Shown here in pieces: positions 17,730 through 27,650 of a stretch of 64,000 nucleotides of DNA. The stretch covers positions 32,001 through 96,000 of the forward strand of contig CBDHDG010000001.1 of assembly GCA_965261595.1 (NCBI GenBank), in the 5' to 3' direction. The first letter of the stretch is position 1, and each line of letters opens with the position of its first letter. The translations under genes and the position numbers were made by a program. This DNA comes from a bacterium (lineage in GTDB: Bacteria > UBA8248 > JACPRG01 > G963555815). The notes beneath the pieces are model-generated. The model worked only from the letters and a program-made list of their open reading frames with translations. It ran no database searches and had not been told where the DNA came from.

Positions 17730-18534
17730 TGACAGTGTTGCCATTCGGGAAGTCGTCTCCCTGACCTTCGAGACGACCGACCTTACGATCCGAACGGCGT
17801 CCAATATCGATGAGGCCCTGGCCGCCCTGGAGCAGGAGCGGGCCGAAGTCGTCATCGCCGACGCCGACAAGGCCGAGGTCGGCGGGTGGGAGCTCTGCCG
17901 CCGGCTCAAGGACATCCCCGATAACGAATCGATTCGCGTCGTCCTGCTCACTGGGGACGACGATGAAGCGTTCCGTCCGTTGGATGTGGCTCCGGACGCC
18001 CTGGTCTCCAAACCCTTCACCTCGGACGAGCTGTTCAAAGTCGTGGCCGCCCTGATTCACCTGGACCCCAGGCCGGCGGAGCCTGAAGATGAGGCGCCGC
18101 AAGAAGACCCGATAGAGGCCGAGGAACCGGCCATCCCGGCGGAGGAAGAGGAACCACTGAACATAGCGGATTTCGACCTCGAACCGGCCATGCCGCCCCC
18201 CGAGCCCTCTACGCCCTCCCCGAGGACGGAAGAGCCCCTGGACCTCCCGCCGCAATCGCCTCCGGACCCATCGGGCGCCCCCGAGACGGCCGCGGAGACG
18301 GATGACTTGCGGCCGGCCATCAAAACCGCCGTTCGACAATCCCTGTCCAGTGCGCTCGACGGGCTGAATGGGGAGGAGCTTCGCGGGCTCATCGCGGACG
18401 CCATCCGGGACGCCCTGAAGGACATCACGCCCCAACTGGCCGGGCTGGTGGAGCAGGTCGCCCGAGAGGTCGTTCCGGAGCTGGCGGAAATCTGGATCGA
18501 GCGCGAAATCCTACGCCTCAAGGAGGGGCCCTGA
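17704..18534 (+). CDS. RomR-like response regulator (receiver, Pro/acidic linker, conserved C-terminal helix)
   Basis: LLVDDS...VIAD...LLTG...SKPF receiver; C-terminus VEQVAREVVPELAEIWIEREILRLKE; directly upstream of valS. Confidence 0.8.
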   Translation: MAKSLLLVDDSVAIREVVSLTFETTDLTIRTASNIDEALAALEQERAEVVIADADKAEVGGWELCRRLKDIPDNESIRVVLLTGDDDEAFRPLDVAPDALVSKPFTSDELFKVVAALIHLDPRPAEPEDEAPQEDPIEAEEPAIPAEEEEPLNIADFDLEPAMPPPEPSTPSPRTEEPLDLPPQSPPDPSGAPETAAETDDLRPAIKTAVRQSLSSALDGLNGEELRGLIADAIRDALKDITPQLAGLVEQVAREVVPELAEIWIEREILRLKEGP

Positions 18535-18540
18535 TCCCCG

Positions 18541-21387
18541 ATGCTGTCGAAGCGGTATGAACCGCACGCCGCCGAGGCCCGGTGGCTCGATCGGTGGCGG
18601 GAAAGCGGCGCCTTCCGGGGGAAAGACCTCTCCGAGCGTCCCGCTTTCTCTATCGTCATCCCCCCGCCCAATGTCACCGGCTCTCTCCACATGGGCCACG
18701 CGCTGAACAACACCCTCCAGGACATCCTGACCCGGTGGAAGCGGATGGAGGGGTTCAACGCCGTCTGGATCCCCGGGACCGACCACGCCGGGATCGCCAC
18801 GCAAAACGTCGTCGAGCGCGCCCTGTCGGAGGAAGGGACCGACCGCGCCCGACTCGGCCGCGAGGCGTTCATCGAACGGATCTGGAAATGGCGCGAGGAA
18901 TACGGCGGACGCATCCTGCACCAGCTTCGGCGGCTGGGCGCCTCGTGCGATTGGGACCGCGAACGCTTCACGCTGGACGAGGGCCTGTCGCGCGCCGTCC
19001 GGGAGGCCTTCGTCTCCCTGTATGAGGAGGGGCTGATCTACCGGGGCGAGCGGCTGGTGAACTGGTGCCCGCGATGCGGGACGGCCCTTTCGGACGTGGA
19101 GGTCGAGCATGAGGAGGTGAACGGACGGCTGTGGCGCATCAGGTATCCGGCGGCGGACGATCCGGGACAGGGTCTCGTCATCGCGACCACCCGGCCCGAA
19201 ACCATGCTGGGGGACGCGGCCGTCGCTATCCATCCCGAGGACGAAAGACACCGATCCTGGGCGGGCCGGCATCTGATCGTCCCGGGTGTGGGACGAAGGA
19301 TCCCCGTCATCGAAGACCCATACGTGTCACGGGAATTCGGAACGGGCGCCCTGAAGGTGACCCCCGCTCACGACCCCAACGATTTCGAAATCGGCGAACG
19401 GCACGACCTGCCCCGGATCCGGGCCTTTACAGCGGACGCGCGCATCAGCGAAGAGCTGTCCGGGGAGAACGGGCGGATCCCCGAATGGGACCGGGTGTCC
19501 GAGCTCATCGGTCTCACCACCGAAGAGGCCCGAAGCCGAATGCTCCGAATTCTGGAGGACCTGGACGTTCTCCAGGGGGAAGAAACGCATCCGCACGCGG
19601 TGGGACATTGCTACCGGTGCAACACCGTCATCGAGCCTTTCCTGACGCCCCAGTGGTTCGTGCGAACCGGCCCCCTGGCCGAGCCCGCCATACAAGCCGT
19701 GGAGGAGGGACGCGTCCGAATCATCCCGGAGGGGTGGTCGAAGACGTACTTTGAATGGATGCGCAACATCAAGGACTGGTGCATCTCCCGCCAGATCTGG
19801 TGGGGCCATCAGATCCCCGCCTGGTACTGCCTGAAGTGCAACGAAGGAAAATACGTCGCCGCGGCCGCCACGGAAAGTGAAGGCGGCCCGTCTCCGGAGG
19901 GCCGGGGGCGTGAGTTTGTCTTTCTTCCCGGCGCCGTCCCCATCGTTTCCCGCGAAGAACCCGAAGGCTGCCCGGAATGCGGGTCGGAAGACCTCATTCG
20001 GGAATCCGACGTCCTGGACACGTGGTTCAGCTCCGCGCTGTGGCCCTTCTCGACGCTGGGTTGGCCGGACGCCACCCCGTCCCTGAGCACCTTTTATCCG
20101 ACCACCACGCTGATCACCGCGTTCGACATCCTGTTCTTCTGGGTGGCGCGAATGATCATGATGGGGTTGAAACTCATGGGGGACGTCCCGTTCCGCGACG
20201 TCTACATTCACGCGCTCGTCCGGGACGAACAGGGCCGGAAAATGAGCAAGTCCCTCAAAAACGTCGTCGATCCCCTGGACATCATCGACCAGTACGGGAC
20301 CGACGCCTTCCGCTTTACGCTGGCGGCGCTCGCCGCGCAGGGCCGGGAGATCCGCTTTCAACAGGGCCGGATCGAGGGGTACCGGAACTTTTGCAACAAA
20401 CTCTGGAACGCGGCCCGGTACTGTCTGAGCACGCTGGAGGTCGACCGAAACAGCGGCGGAGCGGAATCGAGAAAAGCGGCGCTGGAGGCCGTCAGGAATC
20501 GGGCGGACTTCATCAAACCCGCCGACCGGTGGATCCTGAGCGCCCTGAACCACACCACGGGCGCCGTCCGGGAGGCTCTTTCGGCGTACAGATTCAACGA
20601 CGCCGCCCACGCCCTCTACCAATTTGTCTGGCATCAATTCTGCGACTGGTACCTGGAGGAGACGAAACCCCGTCTGGCCGCCGGGCCGGAGGAGGAAAGG
20701 CGTTTTGTCCGGGCCCTGCTCATCGAGGTGCTGGATTCGGTGCTGCGGCTTCTCCACCCGATCATGCCGTTCATCACCGAGGAGATCTGGTCCCAGCTTC
20801 CGCGCCATGCGGACGACCCGGACCTCCTGATGTCGGCGGCGTTTCCTTCTCCGGATGAGCGCTTCCTCGACGACGAAGCCGAGGAGGGGATGGAGGAATT
20901 CATCCAGGCCATCACCCGAATCTTGAACATCAAGGGCGAGAACAACATCCATCCCGCAAAGAAAATCCGTCTGATGGTCCGGAAGTTCGATGGGCGGCGA
21001 TCCCGCTCCGGTTGGGAGGTCTTCGAAGCGGAATCCGAATTCTTCCACGCGGCCACGAACATCCGGGACATCTCTTACCTGGACGACGGACAGCCGCATC
21101 CGGCCGTTTCGGCGACCGACACCACTTCGATGGGAGAATGGATCGTTCCCCTCGAGGAATTGATAGACGATCCGGCCGCGGAACGGGAAAGGGTGCGCAA
21201 GCAGCTCAAAACCGTTCACAAGGACCTGGAGCGGTTGGACAAAAATCTTTCCAACACCCAATTCCGCGAACGGGCGCCCGCCGAAGTGGTGGCGGAAAAC
21301 GAGGCGCGCCGGGAGGCGTTGGCCGACCGCGCCGTCCGACTGGAAAATCAACTCTCCCGCTTTGAACAAATGGGAAACCCATGCTGA
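18541..21387 (+). CDS. valS: Valine--tRNA ligase
   Basis: PPPNVTGSLHMGH, DHAGIATQ, DWCISRQIWWGH, KMSKS motifs; C-terminal coiled coil. Confidence 0.98.
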   Translation: MLSKRYEPHAAEARWLDRWRESGAFRGKDLSERPAFSIVIPPPNVTGSLHMGHALNNTLQDILTRWKRMEGFNAVWIPGTDHAGIATQNVVERALSEEGTDRARLGREAFIERIWKWREEYGGRILHQLRRLGASCDWDRERFTLDEGLSRAVREAFVSLYEEGLIYRGERLVNWCPRCGTALSDVEVEHEEVNGRLWRIRYPAADDPGQGLVIATTRPETMLGDAAVAIHPEDERHRSWAGRHLIVPGVGRRIPVIEDPYVSREFGTGALKVTPAHDPNDFEIGERHDLPRIRAFTADARISEELSGENGRIPEWDRVSELIGLTTEEARSRMLRILEDLDVLQGEETHPHAVGHCYRCNTVIEPFLTPQWFVRTGPLAEPAIQAVEEGRVRIIPEGWSKTYFEWMRNIKDWCISRQIWWGHQIPAWYCLKCNEGKYVAAAATESEGGPSPEGRGREFVFLPGAVPIVSREEPEGCPECGSEDLIRESDVLDTWFSSALWPFSTLGWPDATPSLSTFYPTTTLITAFDILFFWVARMIMMGLKLMGDVPFRDVYIHALVRDEQGRKMSKSLKNVVDPLDIIDQYGTDAFRFTLAALAAQGREIRFQQGRIEGYRNFCNKLWNAARYCLSTLEVDRNSGGAESRKAALEAVRNRADFIKPADRWILSALNHTTGAVREALSAYRFNDAAHALYQFVWHQFCDWYLEETKPRLAAGPEEERRFVRALLIEVLDSVLRLLHPIMPFITEEIWSQLPRHADDPDLLMSAAFPSPDERFLDDEAEEGMEEFIQAITRILNIKGENNIHPAKKIRLMVRKFDGRRSRSGWEVFEAESEFFHAATNIRDISYLDDGQPHPAVSATDTTSMGEWIVPLEELIDDPAAERERVRKQLKTVHKDLERLDKNLSNTQFRERAPAEVVAENEARREALADRAVRLENQLSRFEQMGNPC

Positions 21388-21549
21388 CCGTATTCGTGCG
21401 CACGCCCCGGTTTCGGACGAATCCTCGGCTGGAGCCCCCGCCCGGGGGGGGAGAGGGGGAAGAAAACCGTCGGTTGCACAACAGAAAAAGATGAGCCGGA
21501 ATTCACATTTTTGGATAACATGAACACCCATGGGTCAGCAGGAGGATGA

Positions 21550-22368
21550 ATGTATCTCGACTACTGGGGGCTTAGCGAGTTTCCTTTCTCGAACGTCCCG
21601 GACAGCCGATTTTTTTATAAGTCCCGGGCCCACCGGGAATCCCTGACCCGGCTCTCCTACCTCTGCACGTACCAACACGGTGCGGGAATCCTGGTCGGCC
21701 CGTTCGGATCGGGCAAAACACTCCTGGGTTTCGTCCTGCTCAACTCCATCAATCAGGAAGACAGGTTTCGCAGCGCCTTCATTCGGAACCCCCGTGTCAG
21801 CCCATTGGAATTGCTTCAACTGATTGCCGGCGAATTGGGCGCCCTGAGCATGCCCCGCAATAAAGCGGAGGCCTTGAAATCCATCGAGACGTGCCTGCAC
21901 AACAACATCCTGGACGGCCGTCACACGATCATCATGATTGACGAGGCCCACTCCATCGAAGGCGAAGACGTGTTCGAGGAGGTCCGCCTGCTGTTGAATT
22001 TTCAACTGGAGGACGCCCATCTGCTCACCCTGATCCTCATCGGACAACCCGGCATCGACGTGAAGGTCGATCGGCATAAACCCCTTTCCCAGCACGTCAA
22101 CCTCATCGTGAATCTCAGCGCGTTCTCTCTTTCCGAAACGGAAGGCTATATCCGGCACCGTCTTCAGGTGGTCGGCCGAAGGGATGAGGTTTTCAACGCC
22201 GAAGCGATGGGCGCCCTCTTTCGGGTCTCCGGAGGCCTGCCCCGAAGAATCAATCACCTCTGCGACAGCTCCCTCCTCGAGGGTTTCCTGGCCGATGCCG
22301 AGCAGGTCGACCGTGAGATCGTCCTGCAGGCGGCCTCCATCAGTCGCAGCCAGCGATCCTCTCCATGA
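21550..22368 (+). CDS. ExeA/GspA-type AAA ATPase
   Basis: MYLDYWGLSEFPF...PD, Walker A GPFGSGKT, Walker B IMIDEAH, LIGQP, GLPRRINHLCD. Confidence 0.9.
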   Translation: MYLDYWGLSEFPFSNVPDSRFFYKSRAHRESLTRLSYLCTYQHGAGILVGPFGSGKTLLGFVLLNSINQEDRFRSAFIRNPRVSPLELLQLIAGELGALSMPRNKAEALKSIETCLHNNILDGRHTIIMIDEAHSIEGEDVFEEVRLLLNFQLEDAHLLTLILIGQPGIDVKVDRHKPLSQHVNLIVNLSAFSLSETEGYIRHRLQVVGRRDEVFNAEAMGALFRVSGGLPRRINHLCDSSLLEGFLADAEQVDREIVLQAASISRSQRSSP

Positions 22369-23177
22369 CCGGACTCTCCGAAGCGATTCGCCGCCATCGA
22401 AGAGAGGGCCGTGAAGCCCCCATCCACTGTTTCACGTCCATTGACTCCACCAACGCCGAGGCGCATCGCCTGCTGGAAAACGGGTCGCCGCCGGAAGGAA
22501 CCGCCGTCCTCGCGGATGCGCAAACCGCCGGCAGGGGCCGCGGCGGTCGGTCGTGGTTCTCGCCGCCGGGGGCGGGGCTGTATCTTTCCGTCATCTTTCA
22601 CCCGGGCGGCGCCGCGGCCCCCCACCTTACGCTCGCGGCAGGCGTCGCCGCGGCCACCGCGCTGGAACAGATCGCCGGGCGCGCGCCCACGCTTAAATGG
22701 CCCAATGACCTCGCCTACGACGGCCGGAAGGTCGGCGGGATCCTCACCGAGGCCCGGGCGATCTCGGGACAAATCCAAACGGTGGTGGTCGGAATCGGCG
22801 TCAACCTCCTGCAGCGTCCCGAGGACTTCCCCGCCGGCCTCCGCCCCGCGGCCACATCGGTGGCCGCCGCTACGGGCCGGCAGGTCGACAAGGCGGAGCT
22901 GGCGGCCCGAATCCTGGACGAGCTCGACGCCGGACACCGGCTTTTGGGACGGGACGGATTCGCTCCGGTGGCCGAGGCCTGGAAGCGGAGGTCTTCGACG
23001 CTGGGCAAATCCGTGCGCGTCATGCAGGGGGGGAAGGGGGGGGGAGGCGCCCCCGTGGAGGGCGTCGCGAAAGACCTGGCGGCGGACGGCTCGCTGGTGA
23101 TCGAGACGCCCGCGGGATCGGTTCGGGTGCACGCCGGCGAGGTCGAAGAGATCGGGCGGACAGAATGCTCCTTGTAA
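22365..23177 (+). CDS. birA: Biotin--protein ligase (no N-terminal HTH)
   Basis: DSTN, QTAGRGRGGRSW, LKWPND, KVGGIL, GIGVN motifs. Confidence 0.94.
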   Translation: MTGLSEAIRRHRREGREAPIHCFTSIDSTNAEAHRLLENGSPPEGTAVLADAQTAGRGRGGRSWFSPPGAGLYLSVIFHPGGAAAPHLTLAAGVAAATALEQIAGRAPTLKWPNDLAYDGRKVGGILTEARAISGQIQTVVVGIGVNLLQRPEDFPAGLRPAATSVAAATGRQVDKAELAARILDELDAGHRLLGRDGFAPVAEAWKRRSSTLGKSVRVMQGGKGGGGAPVEGVAKDLAADGSLVIETPAGSVRVHAGEVEEIGRTECSL

Positions 23178-23944
23178 TTGACGTGGGAAACACCCATACG
23201 GTCGCGGGGCTGTTCGAGGGGTCCCAACTGCTGGTCCACTGGCGAGTCATGACCCTCGTCGGCCGAACAGCGGACGAGTTCGGGGTTCTGCTTCGGGATC
23301 TGTTCGGGAACAGCGGCAAGAAAATGGAGGCCGTGAAGGCGGTGACGGTCTCCTGTGTGGTCCCCCCCTTGCTCCCCGTCCTGGAAGATGTCTCGCTCCG
23401 CTTCTTCGGGATCCGGCCCCTCGTGGTCGGACCCGGCGTCAAGACAGGGCTGTCGATTCAGGCCGACAACCCGAAAGAGGTCGGCGCGGACCGTATCGTG
23501 AACGCCGTGGCGGGGATTGCCCGGTATGGCTGCCCCCTGATCGTGGTGGACTTCGGAACGGCGACCACCTTCGACGCCATCTCCCGGGAGGGCCATTATG
23601 TGGGAGGCGCCATCGCGCCGGGGATCTTCATCTCCCTGGAGGCCCTTTTCTCGCGCGCCGCGAAGCTTCCCCGCGTGGAGATCGCCCGGCCGGGACGCGC
23701 CATCGGCCGGGACACCATCTCCAGCATGCAGTCGGGAATCCTGTTCGGTTACGTCGGTCTGGTGAAGGAGCTGGTCGTGCGAATCGGACAGGAGCTTGGG
23801 GGATCCCCGCAGGTCATCGCGACCGGCGGGGCCGCCGAGCTGATCGCGCGGGAAACCGATCTCATCCACAAGGTGGACCCTTTTCTGACCCTGGAAGGCT
23901 TACGCCTCATTCACGAACAAAACGTAAATCCGGATGGACAATGA
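23165..23944 (+). CDS. coaX: Type III pantothenate kinase
   Basis: IDVGNT, EVGADR, VDFGTATT, GGAIAPG, ATGG motifs. Confidence 0.96.
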   Translation: MLLVIDVGNTHTVAGLFEGSQLLVHWRVMTLVGRTADEFGVLLRDLFGNSGKKMEAVKAVTVSCVVPPLLPVLEDVSLRFFGIRPLVVGPGVKTGLSIQADNPKEVGADRIVNAVAGIARYGCPLIVVDFGTATTFDAISREGHYVGGAIAPGIFISLEALFSRAAKLPRVEIARPGRAIGRDTISSMQSGILFGYVGLVKELVVRIGQELGGSPQVIATGGAAELIARETDLIHKVDPFLTLEGLRLIHEQNVNPDGQ

Positions 23945-24782
23945 CCCAATCACGGCCTAATGTGCAAACCGAGAATAGATGCTCTGGAAGTATGGTTGCA
24001 GTCGGGGTCTTGTTTCAGGAAAGTTACAGAAAAATCCGCGTTTGCGAGTGCGGCCGGGTGCCGCCATGATTGATTCAGTTGAATTCACCAAGAGACAATT
24101 CCCTGAGTCGTTCCTCGGCGGCGGGGCGGAATCGCCCCAACGGCCGCTCTTTAGCATTGATCTGATGACCGGCGGGTGTAGCCTTGTTTCTCGAAAGCTG
24201 GGGTCTTAAGAAATCGCCGTTCGAAAATGTTCCCGATCCGCTCTTTCTTTATTACACGACCCAGCACAAGGAAGCCTTGTCGCGCATGATTTACGCCGCC
24301 GAATCGAAGAAGGCCTCGGCGATGCTGACGGGCGCGGCGGGATGCGGGAAGACCACGCTTAGCCGGGCCTTCATCCAACACCTCCCCAATGACCAGTACG
24401 ACGTGTCCCTCGTCGTCAATCCCAACTTGTCCCGGGAGGACATGCTCCGGGAGATCCTTTACCAATTCGGCACAAACACCTCGCAACTCACCAAGTCCGA
24501 CCTCCTTCACAGCCTCAATGAACGGTTCGTTCAGAACGTTCAGAAGGAACGCCACACCATCATCATCGTGGACGAGGCGCACTCGATTACGGAAGACCCG
24601 ACCTTCGAGGAGCTCCGCCTTCTTTTGAACTTCCAGATGAACGATCGTTACCTTCTCACCTTGATCCTCATCGGCCAGGAGGATCTTCGTGATCGTTTGG
24701 CCCGGATTCCCCAGTTCGCTCGCCGGATTTCCATCAAGGCCCACCTGGAACCCCTTGATTTCGCAGAAACGATTAAATACAT

Positions 24783-25682
24783 GGGGATTATAAAGGTTTT
24801 GACACTAATTGAGTGAGATGTTGGACCACCAGGGGAAAGAGATCCTGGTGTCGGTGATTGTAACGGAATTCCATCTCCTTCAGGTAGAGGGGGAACCGCT
24901 CTTTGGACACCCCATGATGTTTGATGAGCCTCTCCTTGGCGTAGGCCCAAAAGCCTTCCAGGCCGTTGATGTGCACTTTGCCCCGACTGAAGCGCCGATC
25001 ATGATCCACCCGCAAGTGGCGATAGCCGCAGAACATCAGGGCGTCATAGACCCGGTAGCGGTCGGTGTAGACCACGCTGCCCCGACGGACCAACTTCACG
25101 GTGGAGGCCAAAAGGGTCTGGGCCTTGACGTTGCCGACCGCCTCCACCTTCACCCGGCCGCCCCGCTCCAATATGCCGAAAACAGGGACTTTACCCGCTG
25201 CGCCTCGGCCTCTCTTGCCCTTGCGCTTGCCCCCGAAGTAGGCCTCGTCCGCCTCCACCTCCCCTCGAAGAAGCTCCTGTCCCCCCGGCGTGCCGGCCAC
25301 AAGACTGCGCCTGAGCGTCGTCACGGCCCGCAGCGCTGTCGGATAGCTCACGGCGAGTTGCTGGGCCATCTTGCGGGCCGAGACCTCCAGCTCAAAGAGC
25401 TTCACCACCCAAAGCCACTGCCGGGCCGAGAGGCGAAGTTGGCCCAGCCAGCGGCCCGTGAACGGCCCGAAGGTGTACCGACACCCAGCGCAGCGAAAGC
25501 GCCCCCGCGTGCCCAAAACGTAGCGTTTTCGACCCTCACAACGAGGGCAGATTTTACGCCCGTTTTTCTGACACGCCATGAGCAGATGGCGTCTCGCTGT
25601 AGCTTCCGATTTTACAAGGACTTCAAAGCTCTTCAGGTCCACGACACCAGCCTAATCCGGTGTCATATCTTTTACAATCGCC
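24783..25682 (-). mobile_element. IS1595-family insertion sequence, copy A (900 bp)
   Basis: IRs GGCGATTGTAAAAGATATGACAC / GGGGATTATAAAGGTTTTGACAC (18/23 match); flanks AATACAT / AATATAT; same sequence as copy B. Confidence 0.94.
24788..25642 (-). CDS. IS1595-family transposase
   Basis: CPRC...CAGC zinc finger, HTH, EVEADE.YFGG, GRG...K, VYTD, HINGLEGFW motifs. Confidence 0.94.
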   Translation of the reverse strand: MDLKSFEVLVKSEATARRHLLMACQKNGRKICPRCEGRKRYVLGTRGRFRCAGCRYTFGPFTGRWLGQLRLSARQWLWVVKLFELEVSARKMAQQLAVSYPTALRAVTTLRRSLVAGTPGGQELLRGEVEADEAYFGGKRKGKRGRGAAGKVPVFGILERGGRVKVEAVGNVKAQTLLASTVKLVRRGSVVYTDRYRVYDALMFCGYRHLRVDHDRRFSRGKVHINGLEGFWAYAKERLIKHHGVSKERFPLYLKEMEFRYNHRHQDLFPLVVQHLTQLVSKPL

Positions 25683-25901
25683 AATATATATACTTCCGTT
25701 TACAGAAAGCCGGGGCGACGAAGAGTCTGTTTTCCAAAGAAGCGCTGGAATTCATCTACCAGGCGAGTGAAGGGATTCCCCGCCGGATCAACTCGATTTG
25801 CGACCTTTGCCTGCTGGATGCCTCAAATGCTCAAATCGCTCTGATTAACTCTGCGATCGCCAAAAAAGTGATTCAGGAAGTTTGAACAAAGAGGCGACTC
25901 A

Positions 25902-27575
25902 TTGCGACTCATTGATCTCGCAAAACGTGGGCGTCCCGCCAAAATCGAAGACCAGGAGGAAAAACTTCCTCCCGCGTCCAAGACCGACGAATCCCAGACC
26001 AGGGAGTCCGAGCCCGAAGCCCTTTCCGGCGTGGACGATCGGACTGCAAGATCCATGAAATCCGTAGACGAACAACCTTCCCCGGAACCCGTGCGCACAC
26101 AATCCCCGCCACCCCTGGCGCCAGAGGCTGAAGAGCCTTTTCCACTCCCGGAACTGGTGGACGAGCAGCCTTTTCCACCCGCGGAACCCGTCGAAGATCC
26201 ACCCTCTCCGCACCCGGAACCCGTAAGCGATCAACCTGCTCCATCTCAGGAACCGGTAGACGATCAGTCGCCCCCGGAACCAGTAGAGCGGATCTCCCTG
26301 AGTCGTATTCTGAGCATGAACCTTGATCGTTCGGATTCAGTGGCCTCCGAAAAAGAAACGCCTCTGGACATCACACTGGAGAGCGGCGAAGGGGAGACCC
26401 CTTTCAAGCCGGCGACCCGCGAAGGGAAAACCCCCCTCAGGCCGAAAAGAGAGTCAAGCAAAATCTCCTTGAAACCGAAGACCGGCGAAGGCGCTCTCCC
26501 CTTCGAAACGCAAACCCCGGGAGGGAAAACCCCTCTTTCCTTGGCATCGACTTTTGTGTCCCGCGCGGAGCAACCCGCGGAGATGGCCGAACCGGATGAA
26601 CCCCCGGTCGATGAGACGCCCTATTTTCTCCAGAAGCGCACGATTACGGACCTCCCGAACGCGCCCTCCGGCGCAAGCGATTCGGAGACCGGTCGGGCCC
26701 TGTATGACGATCTTCGCGGGAACCTCGTGAGAATCCTGCAAGGCATCTCTAAGAAGAAAAGGATTCGGTTGGACAAGCTTCATCCCCTGGTGGAAACCAT
26801 GGTCTCCGACGCGTCGGTCTTGGAAGATATCTACCGGATTGCGTTGTCCACCCGGGGAAAGAAAGGCGACCTGTCCAGCCATCTCATCCACGTGGCCACA
26901 TTCTCCGTGAAATTGGGCCAGGGACTCCGGCTGGCGGACGCGAAACTGAAACGGCTGAACCTGGCGGCCCTTCTACACGATGTGGGGATGTGCCTGGTCT
27001 CGCGGAAGCTTCCGGACAAGAAGGGCGCGCTCACGGCCCAGGAGACGACCCTGATCCAACGGCATCCGGAATTCGGCTTTCAGGTCGTCAAAGCCCATCT
27101 GGGCGACGATTACCTGTGGCTGGCCGAGGTCATCCGGCAGGAACACGAGCGAGACAACGGAAGCGGGTATCCTCAACAACTGTCCGGCAATGAGATTCAG
27201 GACATGGCTCAAATCATCGCCGTCGCCGATGTCTATGAAGCCTTGACCCACGACCGCCCTCATCGTCCCCGCCTGCTTCCCTACCGGGCGGTGCGGGATA
27301 TCATGGAACATCAAAAGAACCTCTTCTCCCCCAGCGTCCTGAAGGCCCTTCTCCAGCAGCTTTCGGTCTTTCCCATCAATTCACTGGTCCGGCTCAACTC
27401 CAACGCCATCGCGCGCGTCGTCGGCACGCATGCGGGGCAGCCCCTTCGTCCCGATGTCCAGGTGGTCTACGATCCGAAGGGGGATTACATCGAAGGCGGC
27501 CGCGCCATCTCGCTGCGGGAAAATCCCCTCCTGTACATCGTCGATTCGGTCGACGAATCGGAAGTCGGCCGGTAG
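25902..27575 (+). CDS. HD-GYP domain protein (putative c-di-GMP phosphodiesterase) with a long Pro/acidic N-terminus
   Basis: LLHDVG, HP..G, QEHERDNGSGYP, ADVYEALTHDRP motifs. Confidence 0.88.
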   Translation: MRLIDLAKRGRPAKIEDQEEKLPPASKTDESQTRESEPEALSGVDDRTARSMKSVDEQPSPEPVRTQSPPPLAPEAEEPFPLPELVDEQPFPPAEPVEDPPSPHPEPVSDQPAPSQEPVDDQSPPEPVERISLSRILSMNLDRSDSVASEKETPLDITLESGEGETPFKPATREGKTPLRPKRESSKISLKPKTGEGALPFETQTPGGKTPLSLASTFVSRAEQPAEMAEPDEPPVDETPYFLQKRTITDLPNAPSGASDSETGRALYDDLRGNLVRILQGISKKKRIRLDKLHPLVETMVSDASVLEDIYRIALSTRGKKGDLSSHLIHVATFSVKLGQGLRLADAKLKRLNLAALLHDVGMCLVSRKLPDKKGALTAQETTLIQRHPEFGFQVVKAHLGDDYLWLAEVIRQEHERDNGSGYPQQLSGNEIQDMAQIIAVADVYEALTHDRPHRPRLLPYRAVRDIMEHQKNLFSPSVLKALLQQLSVFPINSLVRLNSNAIARVVGTHAGQPLRPDVQVVYDPKGDYIEGGRAISLRENPLLYIVDSVDESEVGR

Positions 27576-27650
27576 CCTTTCGCCGGCCGCCCTCGCGCTG
27601 GATACTCAGCCGGCGGGAAATGAGCGGCAGCCGCTTCCCCGCCCGGTCTC

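Larger units (their letters stand above)
24184..25885 (+). pseudogene. Second ExeA-type AAA ATPase, split by IS1595
   Basis: GAAGCGKT and IIVDEAH in 24184-24782; joining to 25690-25885 restores the frame: ...ETIKYIYFRLQKAG...GIPRRINSICDLCLL (264 aa). Confidence 0.92.

Noticed and set aside
19327..21531. Long antisense ORFs over valS, and similarly over hflX, priA, ffh, the XDH subunit and the ABC genes
   Set aside because: Expected reverse-frame shadows at high GC3; the opposite strand carries clear family motifs
23945..24183. Possible c-di-GMP riboswitch upstream of ExeA2/HD-GYP
   Set aside because: Only a GCAAAC fragment; the GAAA tetraloop/receptor and P1-P3 pattern are not evident
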